A DNA stretch of 64,000 nucleotides from an uncultured Gammaproteobacteria bacterium (GTDB lineage: Bacteria > Patescibacteriota > Microgenomatia > Levybacterales > GWA1-39-11), in contig CAZYWG010000004.1 in the NCBI GenBank assembly GCA_964651815.1, positions 36,977 to 100,976 of the forward strand. The letters are read 5' to 3'. Each line of letters begins with the position of its first letter. Positions within the stretch are counted from its first letter, which is position 1. The position numbers were made by a program, and so were the translations under genes. Under the pieces are notes generated by a model that saw only the letters and a program-made list of their open reading frames with translations, was not told the DNA's origin and ran no database searches. Positions 10,782 through 19,140 of the stretch are shown here, piece after piece.

Positions 10782-10849
10782 ATTTTTGTTCTTATTAAGA
10801 ACTCCTAAACCAGCAAATCTCTTTGTGAGCTTAGGAATAAGGTACACAG

Positions 10850-11200
10850 TTTGTGGGTTCTCGGAGCGAGGGGCTTGTCAAAGTGACAAACTTTTTCTCG
10901 TTTTGAGACCTTATTCTTTTGGCAAGAAGCTAATCGGTCACGATCGTTCTTTGTTCGCATGCAATACGCGAGTTTTAGAACATTCGGTTCCTTTCGTTCT
11001 TGTCTAATAGGTTCGTTGCCGAACATGCTTGTCTCCTTTCTGAGACTGCACGGTGCTTACCGATAAATCCGTCCCCACAAGGGAAGGAGCCAGTCTTTGC
11101 CTGGTTTGGCAAAGTAGGCGTCCAATCCCTGTGAGGCGTGAGCTCACATTACGTCAGACGTAATCCAGTGAGTGAACTCACAAGTAACCCCCGGACGGAG
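10850..11200. other. intermediate-GC structured noncoding segment at the left junction of the GC-rich island
   Basis: There are no convincing ORFs here. The segment has dense palindromes and hairpins: gtgagctcac, attacgtc-a-gacgtaat, and gttcg-ttgc-cgaac. Confidence 0.3.
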
Positions 11201-12880
11201 CTAGCCACGCTGCGCAGTCGCCTCGCAGGTCTTGTTCCCAGAGCCTGAAACGGTCTTGTTAGTCGCACCGTCCCAGTTGTTGAAAACATACCCTGCGGGG
11301 ATGTCGAAATACGCACACGTTCCACCGCCATGGATCTTGACCTTGCCGTCGTCGAGCTGATCGTAACCGGTCACAGTGTTGCAACCAGTCTTGCACCAAC
11401 CCTTAACGACCTCGGGCGTAAGTCCAGAAGCGGCAGGAGCTGCGGTCTGCTGAGCGGGCGGAGCGGAACCCTGGGCCGGAGCCTGGGGCTGAGCCGTCTG
11501 CTGAGCGGGAACCGACTGCTGAGTACCGGTCATGGCTGATACCGGGCTGATAGGCATCGGAGCTGAAGCGGGAGCCGCAACACCGGAAGCCGAAGCCAAG
11601 TGACAGTCGTGGGCAGACGTGATGACCGGAGGGACAGTCCCAACAGCCACGTAGTCGCCACACCGGTACTCGTCGTCCATGCGTGCCCACTTGCCCGCCA
11701 ACCCAGGAACAAAGTCCACGGGGGCGTCGTAGAGCGTGGCTTCCGCGACACGGAATCCAGCGTTCACGTTGGCAGGACCCCAGATGCGGACTGATGACTT
11801 GCGGTTGTTGAGAGCCGCGTTGTCAAGCCACACGTCCAGGACCTTGCCGGCTGGCACGTTCATCTCGTAGCCTGGCAAAAACACGTCGTTCTGACGCATC
11901 CCAACCATCTTGTACGAGTCGTGCACGAAATCACCGTTGGCGCGCTGCAAAGGCCACCACTGCTCAGCAGGGCCTCCGATAACGTTGCCGTTGACGGTGA
12001 AGGGCGTGAACCCGGCCTGAGTCGCCTGCGCCTTGATGCAGGGGATATTGGGCGAGTTCGTCGCGCAGCTGTTGCTGTTGGCCTGCTGGTTTGCGGGCGT
12101 GGGCGAAAGCTGCGGTGCCGTCTGCGTGGGTACTACCGTGGCAGGGACCTGCGTCGCCTGAGGGGCGGGCGGGTTGCCGGCGGGTACCGTAGGCAGAGTG
12201 GCGGGCGTCGACGAGGGTGCGGGCGTGCTAGCCGGCTTGACAGGCGTAGGCGTAGGAGCCGTAACCTGACCGGGCTTAGCTTCGTCGAGAGCCGAAACGA
12301 TGTCGCGAGCCTTGACGTCAGCGTCGAGGTTCTTGATAGTCGTCACAGCTTCGTCCTGAGACAATCCACGATCGCGGGCACTGGCATAAGCGCCTGAGAT
12401 CTTCTTGGCGTCCGGGACGTCTACGTCGTGGCTCTCCAGAGCGGTCTCGGCCTTGCCGGCGTCCTTGTTGTCGGGCGCGAGGCTATGCAAAGCGCTCGTA
12501 GAGTCGTCCCGCAGATGCGAGCCGCCGCCATTGTTGTCGTTACCACCACCGTTGAAGAACGGGATGATGACAAACCAGGCGAGCACGGCCAGCACGGCGA
12601 GTCCAGCAACAGGCATCCAGTTGCGACGGAAAAAGTCCACCAGGCCGTTGCCACGAGGCGGAGCCTCCCAATCAATCTCTTCAGCGAGACCAACGGGTAC
12701 GTTCGCGTTGAGAGCGAACTGGTTCAGGTAGTTACGCAGAATCTGGCGAGCCTGAGCCGCGGTGGCGTCATCAGGTACATTCAGACCAGCGTTCGTCAGA
12801 AGGTTGATGGCTGCAATGATCCGCAGGAGGACATCCAACGGAGCCTGATCCACCAACCGGTTAAGATCGCGATAACGCAT
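11201..12880 (-). CDS. single-pass membrane protein with an anti-sigma-factor-like architecture
   Basis: A cytoplasmic N-terminus of about 90 aa precedes one TM helix (WMPVAGLAVLAVLAWFVIIPFF). A Pro/Thr/Ala-rich linker (TAPTPTPVKPASTPAPSSTPATLP...) follows, then a Cys-containing extracytoplasmic domain. The DNA is high-GC with Actinobacteria-like protein composition. An ECF sigma gene lies upstream on the same strand. Confidence 0.5.
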   Translation of the reverse strand: MRYRDLNRLVDQAPLDVLLRIIAAINLLTNAGLNVPDDATAAQARQILRNYLNQFALNANVPVGLAEEIDWEAPPRGNGLVDFFRRNWMPVAGLAVLAVLAWFVIIPFFNGGGNDNNGGGSHLRDDSTSALHSLAPDNKDAGKAETALESHDVDVPDAKKISGAYASARDRGLSQDEAVTTIKNLDADVKARDIVSALDEAKPGQVTAPTPTPVKPASTPAPSSTPATLPTVPAGNPPAPQATQVPATVVPTQTAPQLSPTPANQQANSNSCATNSPNIPCIKAQATQAGFTPFTVNGNVIGGPAEQWWPLQRANGDFVHDSYKMVGMRQNDVFLPGYEMNVPAGKVLDVWLDNAALNNRKSSVRIWGPANVNAGFRVAEATLYDAPVDFVPGLAGKWARMDDEYRCGDYVAVGTVPPVITSAHDCHLASASGVAAPASAPMPISPVSAMTGTQQSVPAQQTAQPQAPAQGSAPPAQQTAAPAASGLTPEVVKGWCKTGCNTVTGYDQLDDGKVKIHGGGTCAYFDIPAGYVFNNWDGATNKTVSGSGNKTCEATAQRG

Positions 12881-13212
12881 TGTAGCGTCCCTTCTCTACG
12901 AGCTTTCAGCTCATAGGTGTGCGGGAGGGGTTCTTCCTCTGACATTCGTCAAAGATTCCTCCTATTAACCTCATTCCGATGTTATCGGGACGGGCTCGCT
13001 GCCGATTCTACCGTTCAAGACGGAGTACTTATACGGCACGCTATTTAGCATCTAACGGTTTTGTTCATCGCATCTCCTTGATACGTGCTAGCCGTTGCGC
13101 TTGCTACCTTCCCGCGTGTGCTTACTCTGGTGCTTCTTGCTCAGCCACTTGCTGCGCTTATGCGTTCTCAGAGCATTGTCCACGTGGGCGGTCCGAGGCT
13201 TTTTGTTGGCCA

Positions 13213-13563
13213 TCAGAATCCTCCCAGGGAGTTGACTTCTACACGAACAGTGCGTTTCCGCGTGTGAATCGTGCGACCCACGAACGTGCGTCTCGAGCGT
13301 GAAGCTCCCAGAAATGCCAACTCGTCATCGTCGTCTTCGTCCTCGAAGAACAACATGTCGGGCGGGCTGCTTGCCTCAGGTTCGGCGGTGTCTTCAGAAG
13401 CTTGAGCCTCGTCATCGAGAACTCCTCCGATGCCGTTCTTGCGAAGGGCTTCGAGTGCTTCTGCTAACCTTGCCTGTTCTGCGGCGTTTCGTTTCTGGCG
13501 AACGTTCTGGTCGCGGGCGCTGCGCTTGGCCATCTTATGATTTCCCTTTGCGTTGTCGTCCAC
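13213..13563 (-). CDS. small highly charged protein (hypothetical)
   Basis: The ORF lies in the GC-rich block between the ECF sigma gene and the anti-sigma-like gene. It has a basic N-terminus (MAKRSARDQNVRQKRN) and an acidic stretch (FFEDEDDDDE). The start may be the internal Met at 13533. I recognise no family motif. Confidence 0.3.
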   Translation of the reverse strand: MDDNAKGNHKMAKRSARDQNVRQKRNAAEQARLAEALEALRKNGIGGVLDDEAQASEDTAEPEASSPPDMLFFEDEDDDDELAFLGASRSRRTFVGRTIHTRKRTVRVEVNSLGGF

Positions 13564-13752
13564 CGTGGGTGGGCATTACGCGTGGGGGCGGCGCAGACGT
13601 TCGGCGAGGCGGAGGCTTATCACTCGCTGACTGGTTTGCACCGGTCAGTTGATTAGCTTGTCGCCTGCCTTTTTTCGGTTCCTTAGACACTCTCTATCCT
13701 CCTGCGGGGCTGAAAGACTTCCAGTAGTCAATCGATGCTCCCTCGGGGGACT

Positions 13753-14298
13753 TCAGGCAAGAAGCTTGCGGAGATCCGCTAGCGTTCTGAACTGAAGCAC
13801 ACGTGTCACGGGGACAGTCATACCGAGCGCGGTAGCCGCCTCTTCGTAATCTTTGTCCTCGTAGAACCGCAACCTGACCAGCTTTCGCTTGTCACTAGGA
13901 AGCTTACCAACAGCGTCGCGAACGAGTTGCTCGTCCTCTAGCTGAAGAATAACAGCTTCAGGGTTGTGGTTCTGTTTCTCCTCCATGATGTCATCATCAA
14001 GCCGGTCGTTATCCCGCTTGCGCATGTGACTGATTGTCACGTTGTGCGCTATACGAAGTAACCAGCCTGCGAAAGCGTGACGATCCCTGCAACAGCCGAC
14101 TGCCTGCCAAGCCTTGAGAAAGGTCTCGGAGGTAAGGTCGTCTGCAACGTGGTTGTCACATACCATGAAGTAGATGTGTCGGTAGACACGCGTAGAGTAA
14201 CGACCGTAGAGTTCTCCGAACGCATCTGCGTCGCCTGCCGTAGCACGCAACACAAGATTTTGTTCTTCGTTCTCTCCGGTAAGAGCCAGAGTGGTCAT
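13753..14298 (-). CDS. ECF-type RNA polymerase sigma factor (sigma-70 regions 2 and 4)
   Basis: Region 2-like segment: FGELYGRYSTRVYRHIYFMV...SETFLKAWQAV. Region 4-like segment: KRKLVRLRFYEDKDYEEAATALGMTVPVTRVLQFRTLADLRKLL. A GAGG motif precedes the ATG. Confidence 0.85.
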   Translation of the reverse strand: MTTLALTGENEEQNLVLRATAGDADAFGELYGRYSTRVYRHIYFMVCDNHVADDLTSETFLKAWQAVGCCRDRHAFAGWLLRIAHNVTISHMRKRDNDRLDDDIMEEKQNHNPEAVILQLEDEQLVRDAVGKLPSDKRKLVRLRFYEDKDYEEAATALGMTVPVTRVLQFRTLADLRKLLA

Positions 14299-14645
14299 GC
14301 CACCGCCTCGCTTTCGCGAGAGTGTACCTGACTACTGGCTCGTAAGAATTCGGGCACTTCGTCCAGACTGCTTTTCGGCAGAGGCGTCTTGAAGACGTTG
14401 CCATTGGCGGTCGGGATGAGGAGAGAGTCGCGGGACTGTTCAAGCGGGCAGAGTGCCAACTGTAAGACAGCGTCCGTGAAGCTCCTCAAGTGCTCCGAGT
14501 CAGACCTGATGTCTGCCACACGATACTCGAACTTAATCGGGTATGTATCAAGTAAACTCAGGATGAGCTTCTTGACCCCGTGGGCAATCAGTTCAGGCGG
14601 CAACTCGCAAGCGAGAGCCTTGGGGGCGGGGTTGTTGCGGGGCAT
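14295..14645 (-). CDS. hypothetical protein translationally coupled to the ECF sigma gene
   Basis: Its stop overlaps the sigma start by 4 bp (ATGA). It is high-GC. No motif recognised. Confidence 0.4.
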   Translation of the reverse strand: MPRNNPAPKALACELPPELIAHGVKKLILSLLDTYPIKFEYRVADIRSDSEHLRSFTDAVLQLALCPLEQSRDSLLIPTANGNVFKTPLPKSSLDEVPEFLRASSQVHSRESEAVA

Positions 14646-14953
14646 GGAACCTATCCTTTTGGATTTCAGAATCGAGCTTGCCGTTTATACACCGTCCCTT
14701 ATTTTTCTATACCTTCCTCTCTTTCTTTGCTAATCAATGGCCGAATAAAACGCACCTTTTTCAAGTGTCAAACACCACGCACCATGCGCAGTTTCATGAC
14801 ATGGTACGCTGGGTTTAACACCTTATTTCATCTCGCTTATCGCGGGATTAAAGATGCGCTATATTCGGCCACCGAAGTCTTATATATGTATATATAAGGA
14901 AAGGGAGGATTAATAAATTCATTTGTACTCCAAATGAGTACTATTATCGGTTA

Positions 14954-14974
14954 GTTCCAATTTTAAATTGGAAC
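14954..14974 (+). terminator. near-perfect 21-bp palindrome followed by a T-run
   Basis: The sequence is gttccaattt-t-aaattggaac, followed by ctctttt. It sits at the switch from GC-rich to AT-rich sequence. Confidence 0.3.
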
Positions 14975-15443
14975 TCTTTTACACTAATGAAATTTTTCAT
15001 CAGTGTTTCGAAATGTGTTTGAATAACACATTTCTCAACCTATTAGAATATATCTACTTTTCATCACAATGATACGACTCCTCGTTTTTAACTCGGAGTG
15101 ACAAAATATGTTTAAATAACACATTTTGTCAAGCGTGATTACGCAAATAGATATTCTGTGTACCTTTTGTTAAAGAACAACTAATAACTTGTAACTTAAA
15201 ACTTAAACTAGCTATGCTTTTAAGCCAGATAAGTCCAGTTACTCACTACTAGAATATACCGTCCTAAAAAAGGCACTTCTGTCGTTCCAATAGAACAACA
15301 GTCTGTGACCTTGTAAGGTCGGAGTAAGTGGTTTCAAGCGAAGTTTATTTTGAAGGTTTGTTTTTTGGGTCTTCTGCGGGCGCTGAACTGAAAGTGAAGT
15401 TGAAACTGCTTGAAACTGCTCCCTCCTGCCTTAAGGTAGGGTT

Positions 15444-16142
15444 TTAATTAATTTTCTTTTTAAGAAAGAATCCGAGTGCTCCGGACGAAATTAGTCCGAA
15501 TAATATGTCTGTTTCAGGCCCAGTAGATGGTACTTGATTAACAGTTGGTTTTTGAAAGATTTGTGGTGTGTTAGGCGTTGTTACACCAAGAATATTTTTT
15601 TCAATACAAACCTGAGAATTATCAGTTGCTTGCTGACCATCGGTTGAAGTTGCAGTTACATTGTTTATGACACAAGTGACAGCTTGGTTGTTTGGTAATT
15701 GTGCGCCGTCTGCTGTTTTTGCAGTTATAATGAATTCTGCTTTTTGACCTTTTGGAAGTGAGTTAACTACAAAGTTTATTTGAGATGCACCTGCATTGGA
15801 ATTTCCAACACCAGATACAAAGGTTAAGAATTGTGGGAAGGTATCAACAACATTAAGGTTTGAAATGTCAGTATCTCCTGTGTTTTCTACAACTATTTTA
15901 AAGTTTACGTTTTGGTTTGGAGCAAAGCGAGGATCATTAACAGTAAGGTTGTCAACAAAATCTCCGCCGCCTTTTCCAGGCTTTTGGACTAATTTGTTGA
16001 TTGTGAATTTAATTTGTGATTGACAGACTTGTCCACCACCATAAACTATTTGACAGTTAGACTGTCCACCAGAAGCGAGTGCGTTTCCTGCAACAGAAAA
16101 CAAAAGAGTTGCGGCAAAGACAAAAGTTAAAAGTTTTTTCAT
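15444..16142 (-). CDS. DUF11-like repeat-domain surface protein with a C-terminal sortase-type sorting signal
   Basis: Signal peptide MKKLLTFVFAATLLFSVAGNALA. A DUF11-like segment (NFKIVVENTGDTDISNLNVVDTFPQFL) is present. The C-terminus is VPSTG + hydrophobic stretch + KKKIN. The start was chosen at the Met preceding the signal peptide (16142) rather than the longest ORF (16190). Composition is host-like (AT-rich) even though the gene is embedded in the GC-rich island. Confidence 0.6.
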   Translation of the reverse strand: MKKLLTFVFAATLLFSVAGNALASGGQSNCQIVYGGGQVCQSQIKFTINKLVQKPGKGGGDFVDNLTVNDPRFAPNQNVNFKIVVENTGDTDISNLNVVDTFPQFLTFVSGVGNSNAGASQINFVVNSLPKGQKAEFIITAKTADGAQLPNNQAVTCVINNVTATSTDGQQATDNSQVCIEKNILGVTTPNTPQIFQKPTVNQVPSTGPETDILFGLISSGALGFFLKKKIN

Positions 16143-16689
16143 AAATTCAAACGATTTGTGAATTGTAGCATAACAAAAAGCATTTGTCAAGTGCTATAGG
16201 ACGTGATGTGTAGTTAATAGTTTATAGTGAATAGCTAATAGGTGAAAATTAATAAGATGGGGCCTTGATATATATAATAGGTAGAGTGGGTTGGTAATAA
16301 AGAGCAACTGTATTATAGGACTCTTTGTAAGAGTTGGGTAAAAAGAGACGGGTAGCGGGACTTAGCAGAAAGCTGTCTACGAGTTATATAAACCTCGGGC
16401 CTGTCCTCCTCCGGTCAATAAATTCATCCGCCTTAGTAAAAACTTCGGCGAGATAGATCGTAAACAGCTTCCTGCTCACTACGCTTCTACGTGGTAAAAA
16501 TGTAAAACGGGGGGCCCTGAAGGGATATACTGGTGTGAACCAGGGCAGAGAAGCAGTGCTATCTCAACCATCCCCCCAGGGCCTTGTCCCCATGACAAAG
16601 TCAATGAATTACGTTCATCACGCGTGTGGGTTGTACCTCATCGGTACTTTATGAAGGATCCCACAAGAACCCCGATTTAAGGTTTTCTC

Positions 16690-17694
16690 CTATCCGTTTT
16701 TGAGGCAGGGTATGCCCCACAGGCTTTCGCCGGCTGCAATCCACGTTGCCTTGCTAGGGTTGTCAGTCCTGCCTACGGTTCCACAAGTCCATTCGCCATG
16801 ATAGGCGTTTAGCCACGTGTCAAAGTAGACAGTTGCCTCAGCGAAGTTCATCTTGAAGGCCGGGCCGACCACAGTGATGCTAGGAGCATGCGTGACAGTA
16901 TCAGCAGGAAGGTTGAGAAACTCGTTGCTTTTAGAGCTGAGTTTGCATCCCTGCGTCAAGAAACCAAACTGGTCTCGAGCCTGCTTCCACGAGTCCGACG
17001 GGCCCCCTATCACAGCTGACATGGTCTGACAGAAATAGTCGCCATTGGCATACTTGTGTCCGTTGGCATCTACGGTTCCGTCAGAGTTGAATATGGGGTG
17101 TAGGACCTGACCACTGCCTCCCTTGATGGGGGGTAGAGGCTGGGAGTCCTTTTGTGTTTTCCCAACAGTGCCCGCAGGTGTACCAGCAGGAAGCCTGTTG
17201 AGATAGAACATGCCCCATTCAACATCAGGTAACGACAGAGTGTTGCCGCTCTCGACCTCTCCGGTGACGCGCTTGCCATGCGTGTCGACGGTGTACGACA
17301 GGACATAGATGCGTCCGTCGTTGTTGTAGCTGAAGTTCGCGGGAATTTCTAGTGTCACAGTCTCGCCGTAGTCCATTGTAGCCTGGTTGGCCGCGTCATG
17401 GAAACGAGAATCAGTGTTGCACGTTGCACACCAGCTTTTGACCGTGAGGCCAAAGAGGCTGGGGGCGCACTCCTGCTTACCGCACATAGGAAACGTGGCC
17501 GAAGCCGCGCTAGCGGAAGTGGGAGTGTTTGCCGGGCTGTTGGCAGTGACTTTCGTGTTGGTTGGCTTTGTGTTGTTGATGGGCGCACTCGTCTCGTTGT
17601 CGGTTGTCGTTGACTTGGACGTGTGCGAACCGCCGCAGGCCACTGCGAGAAGCAGCAGAGCCCCGAGAGCCAGAGAACCAATTCGAGTTGTCAT
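16690..17694 (-). CDS. lipoprotein (hypothetical), high-GC
   Basis: Signal peptide with a lipobox (LLLAVAC|GG). It is Thr/Asn/Pro-rich after the Cys and has multiple Cys residues. A strong SD (taGGAGGacac) lies upstream of the ATG. Confidence 0.6.
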   Translation of the reverse strand: MTTRIGSLALGALLLLAVACGGSHTSKSTTTDNETSAPINNTKPTNTKVTANSPANTPTSASAASATFPMCGKQECAPSLFGLTVKSWCATCNTDSRFHDAANQATMDYGETVTLEIPANFSYNNDGRIYVLSYTVDTHGKRVTGEVESGNTLSLPDVEWGMFYLNRLPAGTPAGTVGKTQKDSQPLPPIKGGSGQVLHPIFNSDGTVDANGHKYANGDYFCQTMSAVIGGPSDSWKQARDQFGFLTQGCKLSSKSNEFLNLPADTVTHAPSITVVGPAFKMNFAEATVYFDTWLNAYHGEWTCGTVGRTDNPSKATWIAAGESLWGIPCLKNG

Positions 17695-17710
17695 TTCGTG
17701 TCCTCCTAGA

Positions 17711-17965
17711 CTAACGTGAATTCGTGCTTGCCGATTTGTAAATCACCTCGTAGTGAGGTGTGTGGGTAGGCTCCTTGTGTGGGAGTATGTTCTCCAGGTT
17801 GATGAACCCGATGACCATTACCACTGTGAGCATCCCAGCTACTGTCCATACGCCTGCGCGCAGAACTTTGTCTTCATTAGCCGTTTTCTGGCGCTGGTGC
17901 TCGATCATCATGACCAAGACACAAACCAGAGCCAAGCCGATCCAAACCGCGGGGTGTTCGAACAT
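17711..17965 (-). CDS. small two-TM membrane protein (hypothetical), high-GC
   Basis: Two hydrophobic helices (VWIGLALVCVLVMMI and VWTVAGMLTVVMVIGFI). An SD (aaaGGAGAcac) lies 8 nt upstream. Confidence 0.4.
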   Translation of the reverse strand: MFEHPAVWIGLALVCVLVMMIEHQRQKTANEDKVLRAGVWTVAGMLTVVMVIGFINLENILPHKEPTHTPHYEVIYKSASTNSR

Positions 17966-18170
17966 TTGTGCGTGTCTCCTTTAAGACTACGAATGTGTCT
18001 GTCTCAACGAGTGTTGAGCGTAGACTGTGCCTGCCGATGTGTTTTTAGCGGGGTTTATGTCAGATTTTTGATTCGATCAACTCCTTATGCTATCCGCTAT
18101 AACTTCTCCATACCCAAAGTGGGTACATGGCTAACTTCTCATGAAGCGCAATCTGAATGTTAAATTATAC

Positions 18171-18192
18171 TGGATTCCCGCGTTCGCGGGAA
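18171..18192. repeat. GC-rich perfect hairpin at the right edge of the island
   Basis: attcccgcg-ttc-gcgggaat, a 9-bp stem. Confidence 0.4.
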
Positions 18193-19112
18193 TGACAGTG
18201 TAACATCCACAGTGCGCCTCACAAAAAATGCCTAAAAAACCTTAAATCTTACTTTCTATTGTCAAAGAGCTTTGTCATGGCTCGCTTACCACAAGCTTCG
18301 TCATACATGCCTATATAGGCACAAGATCTAGCTTGTCTGGGCGAGCAGCAATTACCTCTTGCAGCCATAAATTCAGCTATTGAATTGAGGCTACTTGAAA
18401 TAAAGCTCCGCTGAACAGTTTTGAGTCTAATCAGCGAAAGAGTGCAGAGGATAGAGATTCTGAAATAAATTCAGAATGACAATTAATCCTGCGCACACTC
18501 TTTCGGCGATTAAGTTCTGGTTTAATTTTGCTATATCCTTCAGGCACTTAACGTGCCTTGTAGGATGTTGGCTCTGGCGCACTTGAAAAACAAAGTTTTC
18601 ATCGTACTTTTTGCTTAGCGCGAACTCTCATAGGATCAGACATATCTATTAATCCTTCGCTAACGCTCAGGATGATGGTTTAACACCATCAAAAAACCAG
18701 CCTCTGTCTTGGTGGCCACAAGTCTTGCGAAAAAACGCAAGTCTTGTGAATTCCAAATACGGACAGGTGTATAGGAAAACCAAGCTATTAGCTGGTAATT
18801 AACTTACAGGCTCTTTTTTTAAAGTACGCTCGTGCCTACAATAGGCACAAAGTGAGTAAGTATATCAAGAACTATAGGATTTGTCAATATACCTACGCAC
18901 GAAATTTTATTGAGTAATTTCGTGCCTAAAATCTTACCCAAGATTGGGAGCAGCTTTTAGCTATAAGCTGTTAACTTTTAGATCGAACAATCAGGCGATC
19001 TATTACTTAACCCTAAATCATATTACGGGATATTAAATCATAGTCTAAATATATATAAATATGGCTAAATATGTCTTTAGCCTCGATTCCTAAATCGGTG
19101 TTAGAAAACTCT

Positions 19113-19140
19113 TGACAATTGGGGTGGGGCATGTGATAAT
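19113..19140 (+). promoter_or_regulatory. sigma-70-like promoter upstream of rho
   Basis: TTGACA, a 16-nt spacer, then TGtGATAAT (extended -10). A ~120-nt leader with a cttcga...tcgaag hairpin follows before the rho ATG. Confidence 0.4.

Noticed and set aside
11149-14900. Many overlapping 60-160-aa ORFs on both strands in the GC-rich block (e.g. 11330-11539, 11403-11690, 11921-12397, 12405-12916, 12979-13302, 13299-13652, 14049-14443).
   Set aside because: High-GC DNA lacks stop codons in off-frames. These ORFs overlap the protein-like long ORFs, are Arg/Gly/Ala-rich low-complexity, and lack RBSs.
16250-16690. Possible gene in the 440-bp gap between the DUF11 gene and the lipoprotein gene, where composition rises from AT-rich to GC-rich.
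   Set aside because: No ORF of 60 aa or more with an RBS. It is treated as the junction and promoter region of the DUF11 gene.
16690-18163. ORFs 17070-17306, 17355-17681, 17387-17719 and 17753-18163 overlapping the lipoprotein and small membrane protein genes.
   Set aside because: Same high-GC artefact. They are antisense or out of frame relative to genes that have strong SD sites.
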